Positions 25,595-34,458 of a DNA stretch of 64,000 nucleotides are shown here, in pieces; the stretch's first letter is position 1; each line of letters opens with the position of its first letter. This stretch comes from a virus. The stretch spans positions 1-64,000 of IMG/VR virus record IMGVR_UViG_3300020477_000014; one strand, written 5' to 3'. A model generated the notes under the pieces. The model had not been told where the DNA came from. It did no database searches and saw only the letters and a list, made by a program, of their open reading frames with translations. The translations under genes and the position numbers were made by a program.

Positions 25595-26048
25595 AGAAAA
25601 AAGACCGACAGTAATGGTGTCGGGAGGATTCGATCCTGTCCACGCCGGACATATTCGAATGATAAGAGAGGCATCTCGTTATGGAGATGTAATTGTAATT
25701 GCGAATTCGGATACGTGGCTTTTTCGCAAAAAAGGTTTTGTTTTTATGGACTTCCCAAAGCGAGTAGAAATCCTTAATGCAATAAAGGGTGTCGTGCTTG
25801 TGGATTCTGTGGATGACACAGATGATACTGTGTGTGAAGCAATATTGCGCCATAAGCCTACATATTTTGCTAACGGCGGCGATCGTGGAAAAAGCAACAC
25901 CCCCGAACAAACTGTGTGCGAACAAATAGGGACAGTACTGTTGTGGTCGATCGGCGGAGATGAAAAAGTGGACAGTAGTTCCGACTTGGTAAAGAAATTT
26001 TATGACATGCCACCGGTGCGCGGAGGCACTAAACATTCGGAAAAATAA
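25587..26048 (+). CDS. Cytidylyltransferase-like protein (TagD/RfaE-II family)
   Basis: SGGFDPVHAGH, ANSD, FANGGDR, SSSDLV. Confidence 0.85.
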   Translation: MSEEKRPTVMVSGGFDPVHAGHIRMIREASRYGDVIVIANSDTWLFRKKGFVFMDFPKRVEILNAIKGVVLVDSVDDTDDTVCEAILRHKPTYFANGGDRGKSNTPEQTVCEQIGTVLLWSIGGDEKVDSSSDLVKKFYDMPPVRGGTKHSEK

Positions 26049-26058
26049 TTTTTAATGC

Positions 26059-26066
26059 ATAGTTAC
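26059..26066 (+). promoter_or_regulatory. Putative phage promoter motif ATAGTTAC
   Basis: Intergenic, before ATG 26090. Confidence 0.45.
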
Positions 26067-26089
26067 TTATTGAAGGGGGAACTTACAAT

Positions 26090-26719
26090 ATGTATGCATT
26101 ATTTTTTAGTTTTTTGTGGGGATGTGGAGAATCACTGAATAAAAACCCAACAGACCTACCGGTAGAGATAGAAGTAATTGAAGAAGAGGAAGAAGAGCCA
26201 TTTGAATTTGAAGTATTACCACATGATGTGTTGCCAATGTATCCAGGCATTCAGGCATCTGCTGATTGTGGACAGTTTGTTGGTCAGAAGCCGTGCAATA
26301 TTATTTTGGAAGATCAAAATGGAGAATGGTTCCAGCTTTATGATCATGTCGGAAAAGTAATTTTACTTGATTTTTCTACCGGCTGGTGTGGTCCTTGTAT
26401 TCGTGCTGCCGGCACCGTTCAAGAAATTCAAGATCTTTATGAAGACGAGGGATTCATTTATGTGACCATTATGATTGAGGACAATCAACAAAATGAAACA
26501 ACTACAGAATTTATTCAACAATGGGCGACCACATATGGAATTGTAACGGCTCCTATTTTAATTGGATCACGTGATTTGATAGATTATAACAGCATAGAGG
26601 GATGGAATTTGATTAGTTGGCCAACTTTTTACATTATTGATCGTGATATGAAGATCCATAGTGGTATTAGAGGCTATAGCGAAGAACTTATTCACCAAGA
26701 AGTTCAAGAAGTTATATAA
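26090..26719 (+). CDS. Lipoprotein thiol-disulfide oxidoreductase (TlpA-like thioredoxin)
   Basis: Lipobox LWGC; GKVILLDFSTGWCGPC; WPTFYIID. Confidence 0.85.
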   Translation: MYALFFSFLWGCGESLNKNPTDLPVEIEVIEEEEEEPFEFEVLPHDVLPMYPGIQASADCGQFVGQKPCNIILEDQNGEWFQLYDHVGKVILLDFSTGWCGPCIRAAGTVQEIQDLYEDEGFIYVTIMIEDNQQNETTTEFIQQWATTYGIVTAPILIGSRDLIDYNSIEGWNLISWPTFYIIDRDMKIHSGIRGYSEELIHQEVQEVI

Positions 26720-26790
26720 TACGCTGCCACCGTCGTATTTAAAATCCAGAACGGGGCGTGGCTGCCGAACGTCACGTAGGCAGGGGTTCC

Positions 26791-26825
26791 GCCGGTTTCC
26801 TAGGACGCTAAAAACCGGCTTTCTC
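26791..26825 (+). terminator. Terminator-like hairpin ending a GC-rich structured intergenic element
   Basis: GCCGGTTT/AAACCGGC 8-bp stem followed by TTTCT. Confidence 0.45.
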
Positions 26826-26833
26826 CTAGTTAT
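26826..26833 (+). promoter_or_regulatory. Putative phage promoter motif CTAGTTAT
   Basis: Immediately before ATG 26837. Confidence 0.4.
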
Positions 26834-26836
26834 TAT

Positions 26837-26995
26837 ATGAGAGAAGAAATAATTGAGTACTTTTTTGCTTATATTATTTGGACGATAGCTTCATTATTGT
26901 GTTGTATCTGGTTTTTTAAAGTTGTTGTCTATGGTGGAGATTTGGCTAATTTGGAATTGCCGGAAGACCACTGGTACCAGGAAATAAATAAATAA
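26837..26995 (+). CDS. Small membrane protein, 52 aa (not in ORF track)
   Basis: MREEIIEYFFAYIIWTIASLLCCIWFFKVVVYGGDLANLELPEDHWYQEINK*. Confidence 0.55.
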   Translation: MREEIIEYFFAYIIWTIASLLCCIWFFKVVVYGGDLANLELPEDHWYQEINK

Positions 26996-27003
26996 ATTAA
27001 ACG

Positions 27004-27276
27004 ATGTATGAGAAAGGCGATATCGTATTAGTGCGGTGTCGAAATATTGATGCCCGACCAATACAGGTCAAATTGTTGGAAAAAGAAACCTTCAAAGGAC
27101 ACAAGGGAAAATATGTCAATTTCCCTCCTTATGTTGGGTGGTCTGCTATTATCACTAACAAGAAGGATTGCGATATGCTAAGAAAAGATTGGTGTATTCC
27201 TTTTAAGTTTCCAGATGAAAGAACGACCTTTGTTTTTGAAGAAGAAATCATTCGAAAAGTCAACAAAAAGAAATAA
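27004..27276 (+). CDS. SH3/KOW-like protein
   Basis: YEKGDIVLV...FVFEEEIIRKV. Confidence 0.6.
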   Translation: MYEKGDIVLVRCRNIDARPIQVKLLEKETFKGHKGKYVNFPPYVGWSAIITNKKDCDMLRKDWCIPFKFPDERTTFVFEEEIIRKVNKKK

Positions 27277-27278
27277 AA

Positions 27279-27286
27279 CTATTTAT
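27279..27286 (+). promoter_or_regulatory. Putative phage promoter motif CTATTTAT
   Basis: Intergenic, before phoH. Confidence 0.5.
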
Positions 27287-27305
27287 TAAGGAACCGTAGG
27301 TGCCT

Positions 27306-28643
27306 ATGGCCAAAAAAAATTATATTTTAGACACAAGTGTCTTCCTTACAGATGCTGAGTCTATTTTCAAATTTGAGAACAACGATATTTTTATCCCTCT
27401 CAAGGTTTTAGAAGAAATCGATAGACACAAAAAACGCCAGGATTTGGTTGGTGCAAACTCCCGCCGCATTATTCGTATCTTAGACGATCTGAGACGAAAG
27501 GGAAACCTCCAAAAAGGAGTGAGAATTCAAAAAGGCAAAGGGATTGTTAAGGTTATGTCTTATGAATCGCTAAAAGAGACAGTGTTTCCTCCCGATTTAG
27601 ATATACGTATACCTGATCATACTATTATTGCCACAGCGCTAGCGGTTCAATTGGCAATTCCTAATCGAAAAACAGCGGTTGTGTCTCGCGATATTAATAT
27701 GCGTGTAATTTGTGATTCGATCGGCATGTTATCAGAAGACTATAGTAACGAACGTGTTGTGACTTCTTCTGATGAATTGTATCAAGGTTTCGTTGAATAT
27801 TTAGTAGATGACGCAGTTATCGATAGGTTTTATGACAACGAAACTATTATGATAGATGAAGATGATATATCTACTAGGTGGTATCCTAATCAATACCTCA
27901 TGATGATATCTAATTCGAATCCCAAAAAAACAGCGTTAGCGCGCTTTCAAGGACACCACAGAACGTTGCGAAAGATAGGAAGAGATAAAATTCCAGATTG
28001 GAAAATTAATGCGCGCAATAAAGAACAATCATTTGCAATTGATTTATTGTTGGATCCTAGTGTTAAATTGGTTTCTTTGGTCGGACGCGCCGGCTCTGGC
28101 AAGACATTGCTGGCTATAGCGTCCGGACTCGAGCAAACCATCGGGTTAAATCCAGCCGGCACAGTTTATGATAGATTGATTGTTTCGCGCCCGGTCCAAC
28201 CATTAGGAAAAGATATAGGCTTCTTGCCGGGAACCTTATACGACAAAATGATGCCATGGCTGATGCCAATTCAAGATAACCTTCAGTTTCTCATGGGAAA
28301 CAACAAGAGTACTTTACAGATGTATGTGGAGAAAGGAAAGATCGAGATTGAGGCGCTAACTTATATTAGAGGGAGATCTATTTCTAATGCGTTCGTTATT
28401 ATTGACGAAGCTCAAAACCTTACGATGCACGAAATCAAAACGATCATTACTCGGATCGGCGAAGGAACCAAAATTGTTTTAACTGGAGACATCGAACAAA
28501 TAGACAACGCATACGTAAATGAGACCTCAAATGGTCTTGCGCATGCTGTTGAAAAATTCAAACATTTTCCAATTTCTGGTCATGTGACTTTTAAAAAAGG
28601 AGAAAGATCAGAAATAGCTTCTCTAGCTGCCAAAGTTTTATAA
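27306..28643 (+). CDS. phoH: PIN-PhoH protein
   Basis: PIN YILDTSV and VSRDINMR; Walker A GRAGSGKT; GFLPG, YIRGRS, IIDEAQN, LTGDIEQID. Confidence 0.95.
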   Translation: MAKKNYILDTSVFLTDAESIFKFENNDIFIPLKVLEEIDRHKKRQDLVGANSRRIIRILDDLRRKGNLQKGVRIQKGKGIVKVMSYESLKETVFPPDLDIRIPDHTIIATALAVQLAIPNRKTAVVSRDINMRVICDSIGMLSEDYSNERVVTSSDELYQGFVEYLVDDAVIDRFYDNETIMIDEDDISTRWYPNQYLMMISNSNPKKTALARFQGHHRTLRKIGRDKIPDWKINARNKEQSFAIDLLLDPSVKLVSLVGRAGSGKTLLAIASGLEQTIGLNPAGTVYDRLIVSRPVQPLGKDIGFLPGTLYDKMMPWLMPIQDNLQFLMGNNKSTLQMYVEKGKIEIEALTYIRGRSISNAFVIIDEAQNLTMHEIKTIITRIGEGTKIVLTGDIEQIDNAYVNETSNGLAHAVEKFKHFPISGHVTFKKGERSEIASLAAKVL

Positions 28644-28650
28644 AAAATGC

Positions 28651-28658
28651 ATAGTTAT
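28651..28658 (+). promoter_or_regulatory. Putative phage promoter motif ATAGTTAT
   Basis: Intergenic, before ATG 28671. Confidence 0.45.
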
Positions 28659-28670
28659 ATATGAAAGATT

Positions 28671-29099
28671 ATGTTTTTATTAGGTTTTGTATTTGCTAAT
28701 TTTATAGAATGGGCTGTTCACAAATATTTATTTCACGGCTGGGGTAAAAGAAAGGACAGCATGTTTGCTTTTCATTTACGAGAGCATCACAAAAATTGTT
28801 TACACAACAACAATGAAGATGGAAAATACACCTCTAGAGAACTTTTGGGGATTGTGTTTTTATTGTTTATAACTTTCCCCCTATTTTTTGTTTCTGCTCC
28901 TTTTTATTATGGGATGGCATTATATGGAGCATTGTTTCTTATTGTGCATAATTTTGTTCACAAACAGGTAAAATGGGGTAGAATATTGTTCCCTTGGCAC
29001 TGGGAGCATCATATGAAATTTCCCCATCACAATATGAACGTTGTGATTCCAATCGCCGATTATATATTAAAAACCAGAAAAAAGTTGACATCTGATTAA
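28671..29099 (+). CDS. Fatty acid hydroxylase / sterol desaturase family membrane protein
   Basis: His boxes HKYLFH, HLREHH, HNFVH, HWEHH between TM segments. Confidence 0.8.
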   Translation: MFLLGFVFANFIEWAVHKYLFHGWGKRKDSMFAFHLREHHKNCLHNNNEDGKYTSRELLGIVFLLFITFPLFFVSAPFYYGMALYGALFLIVHNFVHKQVKWGRILFPWHWEHHMKFPHHNMNVVIPIADYILKTRKKLTSD

Positions 29100-29113
29100 T
29101 TAAGTGTTATATT
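29085..29113 (+). promoter_or_regulatory. sigma70-type promoter
   Basis: TTGACA-17 nt-TATATT with extended TG. Confidence 0.75.
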
Positions 29114-29132
29114 ACATATACAAGGAGATAAT

Positions 29133-29429
29133 ATGACTAATCCACTTTTGGCCGTTGCAACTCAGGACGGAGAATCTGAGTTAAAAAACTACATTATTGA
29201 ATATGTGGGCACCAAATTAGACAAGGAAGAGGTTACTGTTGAGATGATATCAGAAATTCTCGCTGTGGAGTTTCCTGACTTTTTATATGCATACGCCGAA
29301 GAGAATTTTATCCGAGGCTATGAACACGGCATCAATGACGGAACGAGAATGCTTCAATCGCACTCTGAAGACGATGACACTGATACTATCCCTATTCCTG
29401 GAACCGATGATGATGGCAGCACAGAGTGA
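29133..29429 (+). CDS. Hypothetical protein
   Basis: AAGGAG SD; acidic 98 aa. Confidence 0.7.
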   Translation: MTNPLLAVATQDGESELKNYIIEYVGTKLDKEEVTVEMISEILAVEFPDFLYAYAEENFIRGYEHGINDGTRMLQSHSEDDDTDTIPIPGTDDDGSTE

Positions 29430-30057
29430 TTTTTACACCCCGACAGGGATCCATGTTTATTTTAAAGATAAAATTGTGGATGATGGTGTTGATGTAGAGT
29501 CGATCGTATCTAAAGTAGAGAGCTTGTTACCTCCGCACCTCTTGCAAGAATTAGAAATGATTATTGTTGGATGGTTTGAGGAATTTGAACGACGTTCTAT
29601 AAATGCATTTTACGATGGGGGCACTGTATATGTTTCCAATGTGCAAAATAATCAAGAAGATATGTTGGATGATCTCATACACGAAATTGCACACTCGGTG
29701 GAACAACCCTACGGTTTTAAAATTTATGCCGATGGGAAATTAAAAAAAGAATTTTTAAGAAAAAGAGTGCGCCTTCATGATATTTTATGGAAAGAGGGGT
29801 ATAAAATACCCAAGGCAGTGTTCCTGGATACTGAATATAATAAAGAGCTTGATATGTTTTTTTACGAAGATATAGGATACGATAAACTATCTCAATTTGT
29901 ACAGGGGCTTTTTATTAGTGCGTACGCTGCTACATCTTTAAGAGAGTATTTTGCTACTGGATTTACTTCTTTTTATATTGATACAGATCATAATTTTCTT
30001 AAATTAAATGGTCCAGTGTTGTATAATAAAATTTTAAATTTAAAAGAAAATAATTAA
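29407..30057 (+). CDS. Zincin-like metallopeptidase domain protein (start uncertain)
   Basis: LIHEIAHSVE (HExxH) and YAATSLREYFATGF. Confidence 0.65.
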   Translation: MMMAAQSDFYTPTGIHVYFKDKIVDDGVDVESIVSKVESLLPPHLLQELEMIIVGWFEEFERRSINAFYDGGTVYVSNVQNNQEDMLDDLIHEIAHSVEQPYGFKIYADGKLKKEFLRKRVRLHDILWKEGYKIPKAVFLDTEYNKELDMFFYEDIGYDKLSQFVQGLFISAYAATSLREYFATGFTSFYIDTDHNFLKLNGPVLYNKILNLKENN

Positions 30058-30071
30058 AATTAAAAAAATAT

Positions 30072-30100
30072 TTGACATATGGTGATTTATATGTTAAACT
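30072..30100 (+). promoter_or_regulatory. sigma70-type promoter, followed by ATAGTTAT (30101-30108)
   Basis: TTGACA-17 nt-TAAACT with extended TG. Confidence 0.65.
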
Positions 30101-30118
30101 ATAGTTATTGGAGAAATT

Positions 30119-30889
30119 TTGGCTCATATATCCTATTCTGAACTAAAAGACTGGGTGTTTTGTGCATTTTATCACAAGTTGACTCGTATCGACAAACTCA
30201 AAGGGTTTGTAGGCAACGAGTATACTGCTTTTGGTTCGGCCATGCACTCTGTGTGTGAAAAGAAACTGCTTAACGAAGAGGTTGACGAAGGTTTCTTCGT
30301 TGAAGAATTCCGTAAGAATATCGCTTCGATTGCAGATTTCGATCTTCCTGTTGATAAGGCACTTGAGTTCATAGAACAAGGAAAGAAGATAATCCCAGAA
30401 ATTCAAACGGCGTTAGATGATTACTTTGATGAATATGAAGTGCTAGAAGTCGAAATGCCTCTATATGAGCCGATCGAGGGAGAACAAGATTATAAGTTTA
30501 AAGGATTCATTGATGCAGTGGTAGCCACTCCCGATGGAAAGGTACACATTTTTGATTGGAAAACATGTTCGTGGGGATGGGATTCTAGGAAGAAAAGTGA
30601 CAAAATGACTACTTATCAACTGACTCTTTATAAGCACTTTTTTGTTACTAAAATGGGAATTGATCCTAAAGATGTGGAAACTCATTTTGCCCTTTTAAAG
30701 AGAACAGCAAAAAGCAAGAGAGTTGAGTTTTTTAGAGTTACAAGTGGTCCCACCAAAACAAACAATGCACTAAAAACTTTGAGTGCAGCACTATACAACA
30801 TTAAAAAGAAAAGATATATTAAAAATCGATTATCTTGTACAGCCGGATATGGATGCAAGTTTTTTAATACAGAACACTGTACCAGATAA
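30119..30889 (+). CDS. PD-(D/E)XK nuclease (RecB/Cas4-like)
   Basis: HISYS, FGSAMH, EVE, KGFIDAV, IFDWKT, QLTLY; C-terminal Cys cluster; TTG start. Confidence 0.85.
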   Translation: MAHISYSELKDWVFCAFYHKLTRIDKLKGFVGNEYTAFGSAMHSVCEKKLLNEEVDEGFFVEEFRKNIASIADFDLPVDKALEFIEQGKKIIPEIQTALDDYFDEYEVLEVEMPLYEPIEGEQDYKFKGFIDAVVATPDGKVHIFDWKTCSWGWDSRKKSDKMTTYQLTLYKHFFVTKMGIDPKDVETHFALLKRTAKSKRVEFFRVTSGPTKTNNALKTLSAALYNIKKKRYIKNRLSCTAGYGCKFFNTEHCTR

Positions 30890-30908
30890 TTTTTATAAGG
30901 AAAAGAAA

Positions 30909-31904
30909 ATGAAACGTTTAGCAGAGTATATTTGGATTGATGGAGTATCGCCGACTCCATCTTTGAGAAGTAAAACCAAAACCTTGGGAGAATACCAGAA
31001 GTCTCCCATATGGGGGTTTGATGGCTCTAGTACTAATCAAGCCCCCGGACACAGTTCGGATTGTGTTCTTCGACCAGTATTCGAATGCGCAGACCCCATC
31101 CGCGGCTGGCCTAATATTATAGTGATGTGTGAGGTGCTGGATACAGATATGAACCCTCACCCTACGAACAACCGAGCTACATGCTCCGCTCTTTCTGCTA
31201 AGTTTAAAGAATTAGATCCATGGTTTGGGATTGAGCAAGAGTATACGTTGACAAAAAATGGCAAACCCCTTGGTTGGCCAAATAATGGTTTGGATCCGGC
31301 TCCCCAAGGTCCGTATTATTGTTCGGTCGGTGCGAAAAACACCTTTGGAAGAGAAATTGCCAACGAACACGCCAAGGCATGTGTGACTGCTGGATTGGAT
31401 ATTAGCGGAATTAATGCAGAAGTATGTCCCGGTCAATGGGAATTTCAAATTGGACCATGCGGCGGCACTGATGTTTCTGATCAACTTTGGATCGCGCGTT
31501 GGTTACTTGAAAGAATTGCCGAAGAGTATGGGGTCACAGTTAGTTATGAGCCGAAACCCGTCGCCGGCGATTGGAATGGAGCCGGCTGTCATACAAATTT
31601 TAGCACCAACACAATGCGAGAAAATTATGCCGCCGTCATTGCCGCATGTGAAGCGTTAGCCGCCAATCCACAAGAGCATATTAAAAACTATGGACACAAC
31701 ATTGAAGAGAGATTAACCGGTGATCACGAAACTTGTTCTTATACGGAATTTAGATATGGGGTTTCCGATCGGGGAGCCTCTATACGTATTCCGTGGCAAG
31801 TTGAGAAAGATCAGAAAGGCTATATAGAAGATCGCCGCCCTAATGCAAATTGTGATCCATATTTGGTGACGTCAATGCTAATGAATACAGTTTGTAACAA
31901 TTGA
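30909..31904 (+). CDS. glnII: Glutamine synthetase type II
   Basis: AEYIWIDG, LRSKTK, WGFDGSSTNQAPG, GIEQEY, INAEVCPGQWEFQIGP, WNGAGCHTNFST, DRGASIRIP, YIEDRRPNANCDPY. Confidence 0.93.
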   Translation: MKRLAEYIWIDGVSPTPSLRSKTKTLGEYQKSPIWGFDGSSTNQAPGHSSDCVLRPVFECADPIRGWPNIIVMCEVLDTDMNPHPTNNRATCSALSAKFKELDPWFGIEQEYTLTKNGKPLGWPNNGLDPAPQGPYYCSVGAKNTFGREIANEHAKACVTAGLDISGINAEVCPGQWEFQIGPCGGTDVSDQLWIARWLLERIAEEYGVTVSYEPKPVAGDWNGAGCHTNFSTNTMRENYAAVIAACEALAANPQEHIKNYGHNIEERLTGDHETCSYTEFRYGVSDRGASIRIPWQVEKDQKGYIEDRRPNANCDPYLVTSMLMNTVCNN

Positions 31905-31912
31905 GGTAATAT

Positions 31913-33208
31913 ATGAAAAAATACAAAATTTTAACATTGTCTGACCACCCCCTATCTCCATCTGGGGTAGGTAGTCAGACGAAATATGTTATTGAGTCTC
32001 TCCTAAAAACAGGAAGATATAAATTTGTTTCTTTAGGGGGAGCAATCAAACATCCAGACTACCGCCCGATCATGGTGGAGGGTTATGGAGAAGATTGGGT
32101 GATTCACCCCATCGATGGATATGGCAACGAAGAGCAGATCCGTTCTGTGATTCAGCACGAGAGACCAGATGTTCTGTGGTTCATGACAGATCCTCGTTTC
32201 TATACTTGGTTGTGGGAAGTGGAAAATGAAGTGCGCCCCAATGTTCCAATGATGTATTATCATGTGTGGGATAATTTTCCCGCTCCACATTATAATGCTC
32301 GCTTTTACCGCTCCACCGATTCGGTGGTGTGTATCTCTAAGGTAACTCATGAAATTCTTAAAGAGGTCGCTCCCACCGTGGACTCTTGTTATTTGCCGCA
32401 TGCTGTAAACAACAATATATTTAGAAAATTTAAGAAAGTTGATGATAATTATGAAAAAATTGCTGGACTAAAGAACACTATCTTACACGAAGTGGCGCCA
32501 GACAAGACGCTGCACAACAAAGATAAGAAAATCTTTTTTTGGAATAATCGAAACGCAAGGCGCAAACAGTCTGGTACACTTATTTGGTGGTTTAAAGAGT
32601 GGCTTGACAAAGTGGGACACGACAAAGCTTGTTTAGTGATGCATACTGATGCTCGGGATCCTCATGGGCAAGATTTACCACACATCATCGAACAACTTGG
32701 TCTACAAAAGGGACAAGTAATACTTTCCACAGGCAAAGTTTCACCAGAGGAATTGGCAAATTTATATAATATGGCAGACTTTACTATTAATATTTCTGAT
32801 GCAGAAGGCTTCGGGCTAGCCACTTTAGAGTCTTTATCTTGTGGTACACCCATTATTGTTAACATGACTGGTGGCTTACAGGAACAAGTTACAGATGGAA
32901 AAAATTGGTTTGGGTTCGGAATCGAACCTTCATCGAAAGCCGTTATTGGTTCTCTAGACGTCCCTTATATTTATGAAGATAGGTTATCACAAAAGGATTT
33001 TGAAGTTACTTTAACTAAAGCTCTTAATCTGTCAACCAAAGCATATAATAAAATGTCGATCCAAGGGCGCGAACATGTAAGAAAAAATTATAATTTTGAT
33101 AATTTTGAGAAACAATGGGTCAGTCTCATCGATGAGTTTATAGAAAAGCATGGCTCTTGGGACAACAGAAAAAATTATCAACGATGGCACTTAATGGAGG
33201 TTGCGTGA
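31913..33208 (+). CDS. Glycosyltransferase, GT-B (GT4-like)
   Basis: NNRNARRKQ; SDAEGFGLATLESLSCGTPII. Confidence 0.85.
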   Translation: MKKYKILTLSDHPLSPSGVGSQTKYVIESLLKTGRYKFVSLGGAIKHPDYRPIMVEGYGEDWVIHPIDGYGNEEQIRSVIQHERPDVLWFMTDPRFYTWLWEVENEVRPNVPMMYYHVWDNFPAPHYNARFYRSTDSVVCISKVTHEILKEVAPTVDSCYLPHAVNNNIFRKFKKVDDNYEKIAGLKNTILHEVAPDKTLHNKDKKIFFWNNRNARRKQSGTLIWWFKEWLDKVGHDKACLVMHTDARDPHGQDLPHIIEQLGLQKGQVILSTGKVSPEELANLYNMADFTINISDAEGFGLATLESLSCGTPIIVNMTGGLQEQVTDGKNWFGFGIEPSSKAVIGSLDVPYIYEDRLSQKDFEVTLTKALNLSTKAYNKMSIQGREHVRKNYNFDNFEKQWVSLIDEFIEKHGSWDNRKNYQRWHLMEVA

Positions 33209-34458
33209 GAAAAAAAATACTAGTTAAGGGACCGGTCTTAACGCGTTCTGGATATGGAGAGCAATCAAGATTTTTATTGCGATCGTTGCGATCGCGAGAG
33301 GATCTCTTTGATATATACATACAACCAATCGATTGGGGCAAGACGTCTTGGTTGCCGGAATATGATGAAGAGCGCAATTGGATTGATTTTCGGATTAAGG
33401 AGACGATTGCCTATATTCAGTCTCAAAACCCTTTCGACATATCGGTTCAAGTCACCATCCCTAATGAATTTCAAGTTTTGGCTCCCATCAATATAGGATA
33501 TACGGCTGGAATAGAGACTAATAAGATTTCCCATGAATGGATTCAACATACTAATCAAATGGACAAGGTTATTGTTGTTTCTAATCATTCTAAAAAGATT
33601 TTCGAAACAACCACCTACGAGGCTACTCACAACCAAACCAATCAGCCTCTTGTTCTTAAGACTGAGAAACCAGTCGTGGCAGTTAATTATCCAGTAAAAC
33701 AGTATCAGTCTTTACCAGAGATAGAGTTGGATCTCAAGAATGATTTCAATTTTTTGTGTGTTGCTCAAATGGGCCCTCGAAAAAATATTTTCAATACTAT
33801 TCAGTGGTTTGTTCAAGAGTTTCATGATGACGAAGTAGGACTAGTTTTGAAGACAAATAAGGCACGAAATTGTCTTATAGATAGAGAATATATTTTCCAA
33901 GATCTCGTAGGGTTTTTAAATACAAAATTTCCCGATAGAAAATGTTCAGTTTATTTGTTGCATGGAGATATGACTGATGAGGAAATGCATTCTTTGTATA
34001 ATCATTCTAATATATCGGCTTTTGTATGCTTAAGTCATGGTGAGGGCTTCGGTCTCCCGTTTTTTGAAGCTGCTTATACAGGCATTCCTGTTGTTGCGCC
34101 GGGATATTCCGGACAAAATGATTTCTTGTTTGGTGAAACTGGAAAAGAAAATTTCTATAATGTTTCTTTTGATATGGCTCCAATTCCGGAAGAGGTGGTG
34201 TGGGATAAAATCTTAATTAAGGATTCTATGTGGGCAGTGCCCCGCGAACAAAGTGCAAAAGAAATGATGCGCCAATGTTATGAGGACGTCCAAAACAACA
34301 CTGGTATAGCTGCCAATAGCATACAATATTCAACAGAACTGCGTGAGCGATTTAATGCTGAGAAAATGTACGCTCAGATGGTTGATGCAATTGTGGATAA
34401 AGAGTCTGTAGAAAAAATGCAAGCTGACATTGATCAATTGTTGGAAGATTTATTATAA
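33205..34458 (+). CDS. Glycosyltransferase, GT-B (GT4-like)
   Basis: TRSGYGEQSR; RKNI; SHGEGFGLPFFEAAYTGIPVV; GTG start. Confidence 0.85.
   Translation: MRKKILVKGPVLTRSGYGEQSRFLLRSLRSREDLFDIYIQPIDWGKTSWLPEYDEERNWIDFRIKETIAYIQSQNPFDISVQVTIPNEFQVLAPINIGYTAGIETNKISHEWIQHTNQMDKVIVVSNHSKKIFETTTYEATHNQTNQPLVLKTEKPVVAVNYPVKQYQSLPEIELDLKNDFNFLCVAQMGPRKNIFNTIQWFVQEFHDDEVGLVLKTNKARNCLIDREYIFQDLVGFLNTKFPDRKCSVYLLHGDMTDEEMHSLYNHSNISAFVCLSHGEGFGLPFFEAAYTGIPVVAPGYSGQNDFLFGETGKENFYNVSFDMAPIPEEVVWDKILIKDSMWAVPREQSAKEMMRQCYEDVQNNTGIAANSIQYSTELRERFNAEKMYAQMVDAIVDKESVEKMQADIDQLLEDLL

Noticed and set aside
26721-26825. tRNA or HDV/theta-type ribozyme
   Set aside because: No cloverleaf or CCA; the segment enclosed by the last stem is too short for the nested double pseudoknot
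30119-30889. Cas4 as part of a CRISPR adaptation module
   Set aside because: No cas1/cas2 or array nearby; solo PD-(D/E)XK nucleases are common in phages
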